From a candidate division WWE3 bacterium (GTDB lineage: Bacteria; Patescibacteriota; 4484-211; GCA-002791395): a stretch of 64,000 nucleotides of DNA. The stretch is from positions 269,566 through 333,565 of the forward strand of contig JAAXWF010000002.1 in assembly GCA_013335095.1 (NCBI GenBank), read 5' to 3'. The notes beneath the pieces were generated by a model, which saw nothing but the letters and a program-made list of their open reading frames with translations, made no database searches and was not told where the DNA came from. This document shows positions 1 through 8,541 of the stretch, piece after piece (the first letter of the stretch is position 1; each line of letters starts with the position of its first letter). A program made the position numbers and the translations under genes.

Positions 1-343
1 AGATCATTTGTTAATGCATCATATCGAAACGATCCAGAAGCTCGGTATTTCATATCAGGATTTTCTCAATTCACAACAAAAGACAATCGAAGATGTACAT
101 AATGAGCTTACGGTAGAAGCCGAAAAAAATCTTAGGATTCGATTTATTCTTGGAGAGATAGCCAAAGAGCGCCGTGATTTCTTTGCTGATAATGCAACCT
201 TGCGCGATGTAATGAATTATTTGCGCCAATTAGCTAAAGGTGAAAAACCCTCCCCAGTAGAAAAAGATAACACATCTGATAAATCAGAACCTCATGTTCA
301 CGACGAGCAAGAACACCATCACGACCATAATCACCAGCATTAA
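1..343 (+). CDS. tig: Trigger factor, C-terminal part (5' truncated by window), with His-rich tail
   Basis: Frame open from the window edge; EAEKNLRIRFILGEIAKE resembles the trigger factor C-domain; ends HVHDEQEHHHDHNHQH. Confidence 0.7.
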   Translation, partial: DHLLMHHIETIQKLGISYQDFLNSQQKTIEDVHNELTVEAEKNLRIRFILGEIAKERRDFFADNATLRDVMNYLRQLAKGEKPSPVEKDNTSDKSEPHVHDEQEHHHDHNHQH

Positions 344-443
344 TTCAGAAAATATTGAGTTATTACAATAAATAAAACATCGCCCCGTTCTTATCTATTT
401 CTTACATTGACAGACATACGTTATGAGGATTACAGTATCCACC

Positions 444-1754
444 ATGAGCCGGTCAAATGACTTTTTATTTGGAGTATCGAGTAGTTCATATCATATTGAG
501 GGCGGAAATACGGCGTCAGATTGGCATGAATTTGAAAAAAATATCTTTAAGGATCATCCAGAACATCGTAACGAAATGGGAATTGATTATTGGAATAGGT
601 GGTCACAGGACCATGATCATCTATCCGAGCTTGGTGTAGATGCATTTCGGACCTCGATTGAGTGGAGTCGTGTTCAGCCAATCTCAAGTGATTATTTTGA
701 CGAATCTGCGATTGAACAGTATTGCCAGATGCTTTCAGATCTAAAGAAACGAAATATTCGCGTCGTTCTTACTTTTGTACATTATGTCGTTCCAAAGTGG
801 TTTGCCGACATGGGCGGATTTTCCAAAAAAGAGAACTTGATTTATTTTGACCGATTTGTTGAAAGAATTCTCCGATCATGTGGTGAAAATATCGATGTGG
901 TAACCCCAGTGAATGAGATGATGGTTAATGCAGCTTTTGGATACCTCATTAAGTATTTCCCTCCGGGAGAACGAAATTTTATAAAATTTGTTCCAGTTGT
1001 CCGCAATCTTATTCGATCTCATTACATTGTTGCACAATTAATCCGAATGTATCACCCGCACATACACATCAGCACCGCTGAACAGTTTCGATTTATTAAA
1101 CCTGAACCGTCAAATCTATTCATGAAGATGATTGCCGGTATCTCAAATTATTTAGTGAATGATGTGATCTTAAAATCAATAGTGTCCAATCACTTTTTAC
1201 CACCGTTTGGATTTGGTGGAACAATCGACCGGTCTGTTAAAAAACCCGTCGATAGTATCGGAATTCAAGTATACGGAACAATTCCAATTCGATTAGGAAT
1301 GAGAGGCTGGAAACCCACGATAAAACCATCTGGATATACTTTTTGGTCGGATGCTATTTATGATGCGAAAGTTACTGCTGAAAGTCTAAAGGAAGCCGTA
1401 CTAAGAACTCAGCAAAAGTATAAAAAGCCCGTATTAATCACCGAGATTGGTATGGCGAGTGAAGATGTAACCGAACATGAACGGAAACTCCATGAATTAG
1501 TTATGGCGGTAGAATCGCTCTTAGAGCAAGGTGTAAAACTGAACGGCTTTTTGTATTTTACCCTGTTTGACTGTTTTGAATGGAATCATGGATACGACAA
1601 AAAGTTTGGTCTTATCGAAATAGATCGCGCTAATAACTTTGCCCGAAAGCCCAAACCTGCTTTTTATGCGTATAAAAATCTTATATTACGAGTAAAAAAC
1701 ATGCTGATGCCGAAAGGCAAACACCAGGTACAACCAGTCCAGTCGAAACAATAG
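444..1754 (+). CDS. Glycoside hydrolase family 1 (beta-glucosidase-like)
   Basis: FLFGVSSSSYHIEG, FRTSIEWSR, acid/base NE (PVNEM), nucleophile ITEIG, DCFEW..GY..KFGL. Start placed at ATG 444, 7 nt after TTGACA-N18-TACAGT (ORF track starts at 423). Confidence 0.9.
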   Translation: MSRSNDFLFGVSSSSYHIEGGNTASDWHEFEKNIFKDHPEHRNEMGIDYWNRWSQDHDHLSELGVDAFRTSIEWSRVQPISSDYFDESAIEQYCQMLSDLKKRNIRVVLTFVHYVVPKWFADMGGFSKKENLIYFDRFVERILRSCGENIDVVTPVNEMMVNAAFGYLIKYFPPGERNFIKFVPVVRNLIRSHYIVAQLIRMYHPHIHISTAEQFRFIKPEPSNLFMKMIAGISNYLVNDVILKSIVSNHFLPPFGFGGTIDRSVKKPVDSIGIQVYGTIPIRLGMRGWKPTIKPSGYTFWSDAIYDAKVTAESLKEAVLRTQQKYKKPVLITEIGMASEDVTEHERKLHELVMAVESLLEQGVKLNGFLYFTLFDCFEWNHGYDKKFGLIEIDRANNFARKPKPAFYAYKNLILRVKNMLMPKGKHQVQPVQSKQ

Positions 1755-1773
1755 GGTATAATAACCTGTATTA

Positions 1774-1850
1774 GGGCGGTTAGCTCAGTTGGTTAGAGCG
1801 CCACATTGACATTGTGGAGGTCTCAGGTTCGAGTCCTGAATCGCCCACCA
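1774..1850 (+). tRNA. tRNA-Val (GAC)
   Basis: Cloverleaf GGGCGGT...ATCGCCC-A-CCA, D-arm GCTC/GAGC, anticodon stem CCACA/TGTGG with loop TTGACAT, TTCGAGT T-loop; TATAAT at 1757-1762. Confidence 0.97.
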
Positions 1851-1920
1851 TATATACTGACAACGCTTTGAATCTGGTGTGTTGATATTTATTCTACGTT
1901 AGGATAATCTATTTATAGAA

Positions 1921-3003
1921 ATGTTAACAAAAGTTTTGAAAGGTTTAATTTTATATGTGTTCCCTTTCTTTATTCTTTATATAGTTTGGTTCTTATTGGG
2001 GTATGTGGGAACTTCAATAGAAAGCCAAAACTTTCGGTTTGAGCATGTAGAAATATTTACACTGTTATCCTTGGTTACAGGCACAGCTCTATTTGTTTTT
2101 TATCTACTCCTTATGAATAAAACTCACAAGCAGATAAAAGAGAACGTATCGATGTCTGATCAAAAAACGTCAGGATTTAATATCGTCGATCCTATGAAGC
2201 CAATTTTTATCGTTGCAAGTAGTCTATTTGGCTTAGTAGTCATTAGTATTGCATTAGGTGTATTTGGTGGATTGCGTGGAATTCTTTTGGTCATAACCTA
2301 TGGGTGGATATTTCCAGCAGCCGGGTTATTAATAGCAACTATCTATTCAATTAAATTATTAATTTCGGGAAAAAAATCTCCAGTGTTAATCATCATTACC
2401 ATATCATTGTCAATGCTATTTGTTATTCTCATATTTGCAGTAATTCGTATGTTTTCGGGTGAAAATGAACACTTACAACAAAGAAACCAGCCAATTTCGA
2501 CACAAGAAATTAATTTAGCCCAAGATAATGTTGATTCAGAATCTTCGACCGTGGCGAATTTCACCGGTGATGGTTTATTTACCTATAAAATCCCCTCTGA
2601 GTTACAAGTCATTAACAAGACGTCAACCATGGAATCGTACCAAACCAGTAATCGTGAATTTATCCTTAGCGTATCGACCCAATCTTCCAATCGTTCTTTT
2701 GACGATGTCACCCAAGAGATAGAAACAAATGATATCTATCTCGACATTGATCAAAAGTTGACAGGACAATACGAAGGGCATCCTTTTATTCTCTACATAG
2801 ATCGTCCGACATCATCTCCAGGAAATGAATTTATCGTATACTCATACACAGCCTATGTGGGTAATATTGCAAATGCAAATGGATCTAATAGTACTAATCT
2901 AGTAATTAATGCAGCATTTTACCCATTGGGATCGGAAAATCGAGATCAACACTACACAGAGATCATTAAAAAAATAATCTCTTCATTAACATTTACGTAC
3001 TAA
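1921..3003 (+). CDS. Membrane protein (about 5 TM) with extracellular C-terminal domain
   Basis: Hydrophobic N-terminal half, then a polar domain (FTYKIP...IKKIISSLTF) of the PsbP-like type common in CPR. Confidence 0.7.
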   Translation: MLTKVLKGLILYVFPFFILYIVWFLLGYVGTSIESQNFRFEHVEIFTLLSLVTGTALFVFYLLLMNKTHKQIKENVSMSDQKTSGFNIVDPMKPIFIVASSLFGLVVISIALGVFGGLRGILLVITYGWIFPAAGLLIATIYSIKLLISGKKSPVLIIITISLSMLFVILIFAVIRMFSGENEHLQQRNQPISTQEINLAQDNVDSESSTVANFTGDGLFTYKIPSELQVINKTSTMESYQTSNREFILSVSTQSSNRSFDDVTQEIETNDIYLDIDQKLTGQYEGHPFILYIDRPTSSPGNEFIVYSYTAYVGNIANANGSNSTNLVINAAFYPLGSENRDQHYTEIIKKIISSLTFTY

Positions 3004-3041
3004 TTTATCGAGCACTTTCTGTTTTAAAAATTAATGGTAAT

Positions 3042-3078
3042 AAAACCCCCTGACCAGGGGTTAAGCTGGTCAGGGGGT
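3042..3078 (-). terminator. Intrinsic terminator of cassette A
   Basis: ACCCCCTGACCAG / CTGGTCAGGGGGT 13-bp stem; A-run 3042-3045 gives a U tail on the minus strand. Confidence 0.8.
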
Positions 3079-3081
3079 CGA

Positions 3082-3471
3082 TTATTCAACCAACTTGATC
3101 ACCGGATATGCGCCGGCACGGTCGAGGACGAATTTGTGGGAAACCTCGAGCCACGTATACATTAGGCCGCTTCCCCAGCAAAAGACCTGATTGTTTCGTA
3201 CCGGTACAACCTCCCAGCTGATATCCTCCAGCTGAAGAAAACCGGCGATATCGGTACTTGGCAGCCCTTGCAGTGTGAGGCTGTATGCATGCATCCCTGT
3301 GACGGATACGATTTGGGGCTGTGCATACAAGTAGAGCCGCTCGCGCATGCCCCCCTTAAAGGGGAACTCCACCATATACGATGTCTTGGCTAACTGAGAG
3401 AAATCGATATCTTCGGGTAGGCCTCCATATGGAGAGGGGACATCTCCACTACCAGGTAAGAGAATTCTCAC
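3082..3471 (-). CDS. Hypothetical protein (ORFan cassette A)
   Basis: 129 aa; GGAGG SD before GTG; TATAAT at 3521-3516; own terminator. Confidence 0.75.
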   Translation of the reverse strand: MRILLPGSGDVPSPYGGLPEDIDFSQLAKTSYMVEFPFKGGMRERLYLYAQPQIVSVTGMHAYSLTLQGLPSTDIAGFLQLEDISWEVVPVRNNQVFCWGSGLMYTWLEVSHKFVLDRAGAYPVIKLVE

Positions 3472-3570
3472 CGCGCACCTCCAGGTTAAATCCTATTGCT
3501 ACAATCAGCATGGAAATTATACACCGTCTTTCCTAAATAGCTGTTTCAATGCTACGATAAAAATTAATCC

Positions 3571-5352
3571 ATGCAATTACTTCGTAATATTATTCGCACG
3601 CTGGGTATTCAATGGCAGATTAGCAAGTTAAAAACACTATTTATCTTTATGGTAGCAATCGGCGCCCCCGCGACTTCGATTGCAAGCGTTTATATATTAG
3701 GACGTTTCATAGATACAATTACCATGATCAGCGATAATCCAAGCGTAACTTCAAGGGCAACTATTCTATTTATATTTCTTTTAGTTGGAGGTTTCTTAAC
3801 TGAACTATTCAAGAAGTTGCGCTTATATGTGGAACGTATTATTTTCTATGACTGGCATCACGAAATGATCATGCGAGTCAACGAAAAAGTATCGATGCTC
3901 GACTTTCCGACGCTCGAGAATGGCACGTTTAACACACTGCTTAACAAGATAAAGATCGGATATGAGCACATTCCTGGCAATTATATGAATCCGCTATTTT
4001 CAATGACCAGCGAGGGGATTCGTCTGATTTCAGCTGTAATACTTATTTCAGTCGTACTGCCAATTACCGCCCCGATTATTGTCGTTTCGCTTATTCCTCA
4101 ATTCTTTGTTTCAAAAGAGGGCAGTAAATTGTACTGGGGTATTTGGGACTCTCGAGGTGAAGATGCTAAACGCTACTTTAGCACTCGCGATAATTTAACC
4201 AGTATAGGATCAATAAAAGAAGTAAAACTATTTGGGCTCAAGGATTACTTATTAAACAGAATAGATATCATAATTACGAGTTTCCTGGCTGAACAGAAGC
4301 GCATCTTATCTCGAGAGATGAGGCTGGGTATTGGTGCGCAGATTGTGGAGTTTGTTGCGATTGCTGGAATCCAAACATGGCTGCTGTTTAATGTACTAGC
4401 CAGTAAGATTGCAGTTGGATCGTTTATTTTTTATCTTCAAACGACTAATGAATGTATATCGGCTGGACGTGAGTTTTTTCGTAATTTATTAAAACTTCAT
4501 GAGTTTAATCTGTTTATGACTGATTTGTTTGCATTCCTTGATCTACAGCCAACAATTATCAGTAAAACTAAAGCACCAAAGGTATCGACAAAGCATGTAC
4601 CACTTATCGAGTTTAGAAACGTAAGCTTTGCATACCCCAATTCGGGTACAAATGTATTTAAGGATTTCTCGCTAACAATTAGCCCCGGTGAAGATATTGC
4701 GATTGTGGGGGAGAATGGTGCCGGTAAAACAACTTTCGTCAAATTGCTTGCGCGACTGTACGATGTGACCGAAGGGGAGATACTAATAAATGGCATGAAT
4801 ATCAAAGATATTGATCTGCCATCGTGGCATAAAAACTTAGGTATTCTTTTCCAAGATTTTAATCGGTATGCCGATTCGGTAAAAGAAAATATTAAGCTCG
4901 GAAATATCAATCAAAAAGTGATTATGAAAGAGATTCAACATGCAGCAAAGTCTGCTGGTGCAGATAGTTTTATTCAAAAGTTCCCGCATACATATAATCA
5001 GATGCTTGGGAGCCATTTCATTCATGGTATTGATGTGTCGGGTGGGCAATGGCAACGAATCGCGTTAGCCAGGGCATATTATCGGAAAGCAAATATATTA
5101 ATTCTTGATGAACCGACATCGGCGATTGATGCCAAAGGCGAGTACGAGATATTTGAAAAGATATCCAAAATGCAAAAAGATAAGACGACTATTATTATTT
5201 CACATCGATTTTCAACAGTACGGATGGCTGATAAAATTTATGTTGTCGATAAGGGCAAGATAATTGAACAAGGTGATCATAGGCAGCTCATGGCGATAAA
5301 AAACGGCACCTATCATTCTCTGTTTACCACCCAAGCCAAAGGGTATACATGA
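3571..5352 (+). CDS. ABC transporter, fused permease/ATP-binding (exporter type)
   Basis: N-terminal TM domain; Walker A GENGAGKT, signature VSGGQWQR, Walker B ILILDEPT, SHR switch. Confidence 0.92.
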   Translation: MQLLRNIIRTLGIQWQISKLKTLFIFMVAIGAPATSIASVYILGRFIDTITMISDNPSVTSRATILFIFLLVGGFLTELFKKLRLYVERIIFYDWHHEMIMRVNEKVSMLDFPTLENGTFNTLLNKIKIGYEHIPGNYMNPLFSMTSEGIRLISAVILISVVLPITAPIIVVSLIPQFFVSKEGSKLYWGIWDSRGEDAKRYFSTRDNLTSIGSIKEVKLFGLKDYLLNRIDIIITSFLAEQKRILSREMRLGIGAQIVEFVAIAGIQTWLLFNVLASKIAVGSFIFYLQTTNECISAGREFFRNLLKLHEFNLFMTDLFAFLDLQPTIISKTKAPKVSTKHVPLIEFRNVSFAYPNSGTNVFKDFSLTISPGEDIAIVGENGAGKTTFVKLLARLYDVTEGEILINGMNIKDIDLPSWHKNLGILFQDFNRYADSVKENIKLGNINQKVIMKEIQHAAKSAGADSFIQKFPHTYNQMLGSHFIHGIDVSGGQWQRIALARAYYRKANILILDEPTSAIDAKGEYEIFEKISKMQKDKTTIIISHRFSTVRMADKIYVVDKGKIIEQGDHRQLMAIKNGTYHSLFTTQAKGYT

Positions 5353-5375
5353 TACAAACGCAGCACCTCTTTAAT

Positions 5376-5399
5376 AAAACCCATAATATAGTATAATAA
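5376..5399 (+). promoter_or_regulatory. Promoter block shared with 7628-7651
   Basis: AAAACCCATAATATAGTATAATAA vs AAAACCTATAATATAGTATAATAA (23/24 identical); contains TATAAT. Confidence 0.7.
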
Positions 5400-5438
5400 C
5401 GCTGCCGGAATTCGCATAAAGTAAAGGAGTTTGTCCTT

Positions 5439-6212
5439 ATGGACGACACCACTCGGTCGGACGATCAGGGTTTTGATCGTGAAGGGTACATCGCAGAAGC
5501 TCGACAGGAGATCGAGCCTGCGATTGAAAAAATCCGCCAACTGACAATCAATTGGCAACAGTATTATCCAGGCGATGGCAACATGGTACTGATCATGGAT
5601 CGGGTACCTGGTATTGCTGAAGGATTTGGTTTGGACTTTATGAGCGCCCTTGCGATCTCGCCCATACCCCAAACCCCCGAGGAATCGGATTTCTTCACCC
5701 GCCTCGAAACGATGTTCACACCTGGGCAATATGTCCCGATCGTACTTATCCATAAAGGCAAGTACGTCGTCACATTCGTGGTACGGCCAAATCATCCAAC
5801 CGACAAGGTCGTGACGTGTGAGGGGTACAAAGTACCCGACTTCGATTGTCCGCCAGATACAGCAGAGATTGCTGATGACCTGGCGTTTATCAGGGAACAC
5901 TGGCTTGAGGTTATTAGAGCCTTGCCAGAATTTGCGGCTTCAGCTGGTGAGGGAATGATGACCCTCATCAAGTACCTGAAGACTGGTCAACGGGGCATCT
6001 ACTACACTACCACGGCAGCTGCGATGGAAGTGCTGACGACATACCCAACTGCGCGTCAGGTATTCCAAGAGCAGGTCACCCGGGTTGACCCAACTCGGTA
6101 CATCCCGCTAATGGTTGTTAGCGATATCCCCGGCGGACCGGTACTGTTCTACGGTCTCATTGTTCCCCAGGCTGGGGAAGCGCCTACAGTTGAACAAATC
6201 GACGCTGGCTAG
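5439..6212 (+). CDS. Hypothetical protein, paralog 1 of 3 (cassette B)
   Basis: 257 aa; AAGGAG SD; shares TPEE.DF, PG.Y.PIV...RP, DDL, Y..MVV...P..FY with 6778 and 7686. Confidence 0.85.
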   Translation: MDDTTRSDDQGFDREGYIAEARQEIEPAIEKIRQLTINWQQYYPGDGNMVLIMDRVPGIAEGFGLDFMSALAISPIPQTPEESDFFTRLETMFTPGQYVPIVLIHKGKYVVTFVVRPNHPTDKVVTCEGYKVPDFDCPPDTAEIADDLAFIREHWLEVIRALPEFAASAGEGMMTLIKYLKTGQRGIYYTTTAAAMEVLTTYPTARQVFQEQVTRVDPTRYIPLMVVSDIPGGPVLFYGLIVPQAGEAPTVEQIDAG

Positions 6213-6235
6213 TTTGTAGCTTCGACTTCAAACGG

Positions 6236-6266
6236 CGGCAGGGAGAAATCTCTGCCGTTTTTTTTT
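6236..6266 (+). terminator. Intrinsic terminator of cassette B
   Basis: CGGCAGGGA-GAAA-TCTCTGCCG followed by T9. Confidence 0.85.
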
Positions 6267-6328
6267 GCAATACTATTCATAAACAAATTGGTATAATTTA
6301 TTTAGAACAAAAGGGGAGGTGATTACTC

Positions 6329-6634
6329 ATGAAAGGATTTATTGATTTCATTCGTGAACAAGGCGTGGTAGGACTCGCGGTTGGTTTTATCCTTGGTGGG
6401 GGAGTTGCTAAAATAGTCGATTCACTCGTTCAGGATATTATCAATCCGGTGCTCGGACTTATTTTAGGAGCTGCTGGAAGTCTGAATGAAGCGGTGCTAA
6501 CAATCGGCGAGGCACAAATCAGATGGGGTAGTTTTGTAAATACAGCCATCGACTTCACGATCATCGCATTTATCGTTTATTTTGGGGTGAAAGCGTTAAA
6601 GCTCGATAAATTAGATAAAACAGAGGCAGCATAA
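6329..6634 (+). CDS. mscL: Large-conductance mechanosensitive channel (short form)
   Basis: MKGFIDFIREQGVVGLAVGFILG...IVDSLVQDIINP...WGSFVNTAIDF; lacks the C-terminal helix; strong GGAGGT SD. Confidence 0.9.
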   Translation: MKGFIDFIREQGVVGLAVGFILGGGVAKIVDSLVQDIINPVLGLILGAAGSLNEAVLTIGEAQIRWGSFVNTAIDFTIIAFIVYFGVKALKLDKLDKTEAA

Positions 6635-6777
6635 TTACCACAACACTGCCCGTAAAACACACCAACACATAGTTTGATGTAGTAATTTATTGTATAGAAC
6701 TCTCATACCCATTGAACACAACATCCTTGCTATATAATTAGTCCGAACGAAGATATTGCATGTAGGAGAGCAGCATC

Positions 6778-7551
6778 ATGGACGATCAGGTATCGGATCG
6801 ACAGGAGCTAATAGCTCACACGTTGCGTTTCCTTTCCGAATCACTTACCGAGGTTGCAGCAGTAAGTCTTGCTCATATCGGACTAATCGGCTCACCCTAC
6901 CTACTTACGGTAAGTGGTCGAACCGATGGATCCACATGTCAATGTGAGATTCGGATGATAGGCGGTCGAGATCTGGCATTGTTTCAATCAGATCTCGAAG
7001 GTATTGATCTAATCCAACTATCGAAACGTCATATTCCGGGATGGTATATCCCAGTCATTGTCGAAGATGCAGGACGAGCGCTGGCCGCTGTTATAGTACG
7101 GCCGCATAACCAAGAGTTTCCGGTGGTACTAAGCAGCTCGGATAAACTCATCGACGGATACGAAGCCCCACTAGTCAGTACCACCCTCGAGGAGATGGTT
7201 ACTCCAGCAGATGAACTGTTCTTAATAACGCAGTTCGAAACGCTGGTTAGTCGATATCCGGCCTGTCTGGATCAATTCGGGTTAGGTATGTTTTGCCTCG
7301 CTCGAAGTAGTGCCACGGGGCGCACGGTGTTGGTTTTCTTCGCGCTGCAGACCATCATCGATGGATTAATCAGTGGAGGACATTACCACGCTCTAAAAGT
7401 TATCGGAACGCTCATACCCCAAACCGCTCACGGTATGTACTACCCAGTCATGGTAGTAACCGACGCACCTAACAGTCCGGTCGGTTTTGTCGGGTTAACA
7501 AAGGGCGTACAAGGAGTACAGGCAGCGCAGATCGCCTATAATTCGTTATAA
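6778..7551 (+). CDS. Hypothetical protein, paralog 2 of 3 (cassette C)
   Basis: 257 aa; AGGAG SD; TTGAAC..TATAAT (6733-6738) promoter; PGWYIPV...VIVRP and YPVMVVTDAPNSPVGF motifs. Confidence 0.8.
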   Translation: MDDQVSDRQELIAHTLRFLSESLTEVAAVSLAHIGLIGSPYLLTVSGRTDGSTCQCEIRMIGGRDLALFQSDLEGIDLIQLSKRHIPGWYIPVIVEDAGRALAAVIVRPHNQEFPVVLSSSDKLIDGYEAPLVSTTLEEMVTPADELFLITQFETLVSRYPACLDQFGLGMFCLARSSATGRTVLVFFALQTIIDGLISGGHYHALKVIGTLIPQTAHGMYYPVMVVTDAPNSPVGFVGLTKGVQGVQAAQIAYNSL

Positions 7552-7556
7552 AATTG

Positions 7557-7582
7557 GTTGGGAAGAGTGTATTCTTCCCAAC
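7557..7582 (+). terminator. Hairpin after cassette C
   Basis: GTTGGGAAGA / TCTTCCCAAC stem; no clear U-tract. Confidence 0.55.
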
Positions 7583-7685
7583 ATAATCTATAGACACTCA
7601 ATGGTTGCGCAAATTCCATCATGGCAAAAAACCTATAATATAGTATAATAAGCACGCGTTTGAAGTATAGGCAAAGGAGCGTCCA

Positions 7686-8471
7686 TTGGACAGCACAACC
7701 ACGTCTAATAAGCCCTTTTCGCGGGACAGCTATCTGGCCCAGGTAGTCGAATTCATCCGCGGCAATCGGGTTTATGTGATTGACTCGAGCCTCGAATACG
7801 GCAGCATCACTTCAGTCAGGCCGCAAATCCTGATCATTATGGATGAATGCGGTGAGCTAGACCAGATCGGGCTCTACCAAACTGGTAGCATGGCCCTCGA
7901 TGGTTACGGCAAAACGCCCGAAGAAAAAGATTTCATCCGGGCGATGGCCGAGAAAACCAATCCAGGGGTGTATATCCCGATCGTGGTTTTCTTCGACCTT
8001 GAACTGGTGGCAATGCTGGTCTTCCGGCCCCTCGCGGCCGAAGATAATCAGCTTGTCGAGGTTATAGACTGGACCAATCCTCCGGTAGATGATCTATCAG
8101 CCTACCTGGCCGAAGTGGACGACGACCTAACGGTATTCCGCGATACATTTTGCGGCATTCGTCCGGTGATGGACAGATACCGAACCGGCTATGGTCCGGG
8201 GGTGTTTTCATATATGTGTGGTAGCGATGCCTCGATGCTCGCTTACCATCTAAAGGATCATCTCATCAGGATGCTCGCCCTACTGGCGGTAGAAAATCCC
8301 GAAGAGCAGGGATCAGCGATCACGAATGCGGCCAGTGATGGCACGTATGTCATCATGGTCGTCCCGATGCAGGCGCAAAGGCCGATCGTGTTTTATACGA
8401 TCAAAAGCACGCCCGAGGGTGCGGTGACGCAGCATCTGCCCATCCGGGCGATCCCGGTCATCAGCGCATAA
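7686..8471 (+). CDS. Hypothetical protein, paralog 3 of 3 (cassette D)
   Basis: 261 aa; TTG start after AAGGAG; aligns by eye with 5439..6212 (MD.TT.S...F.R..Y.A, LIIMD, TPEEKDF, PGVYIPIV, DDDL). Confidence 0.85.
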   Translation: MDSTTTSNKPFSRDSYLAQVVEFIRGNRVYVIDSSLEYGSITSVRPQILIIMDECGELDQIGLYQTGSMALDGYGKTPEEKDFIRAMAEKTNPGVYIPIVVFFDLELVAMLVFRPLAAEDNQLVEVIDWTNPPVDDLSAYLAEVDDDLTVFRDTFCGIRPVMDRYRTGYGPGVFSYMCGSDASMLAYHLKDHLIRMLALLAVENPEEQGSAITNAASDGTYVIMVVPMQAQRPIVFYTIKSTPEGAVTQHLPIRAIPVISA

Positions 8472-8476
8472 TACCT

Positions 8477-8513
8477 ATGGCGTTAGAGGAAACACCTCTA
8501 GCGCCATTTTTTT
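8477..8513 (+). terminator. Intrinsic terminator of cassette D
   Basis: ATGGCGTTAGAGG-AAACA-CCTCTAGCGCCAT plus T-run. Confidence 0.85.
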
Positions 8514-8541
8514 AATTTTATAAATATCTCCAGAAAATCAA

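Noticed and set aside
1774-3100. Genomic island or prophage integrated at tRNA-Val
   Set aside because: No integrase or phage genes, and I saw no duplicate of the tRNA 3' end in the window.
5439-8471. Diversity-generating retroelement targets
   Set aside because: No reverse transcriptase, and no near-identical TR/VR pair differing only at adenines.
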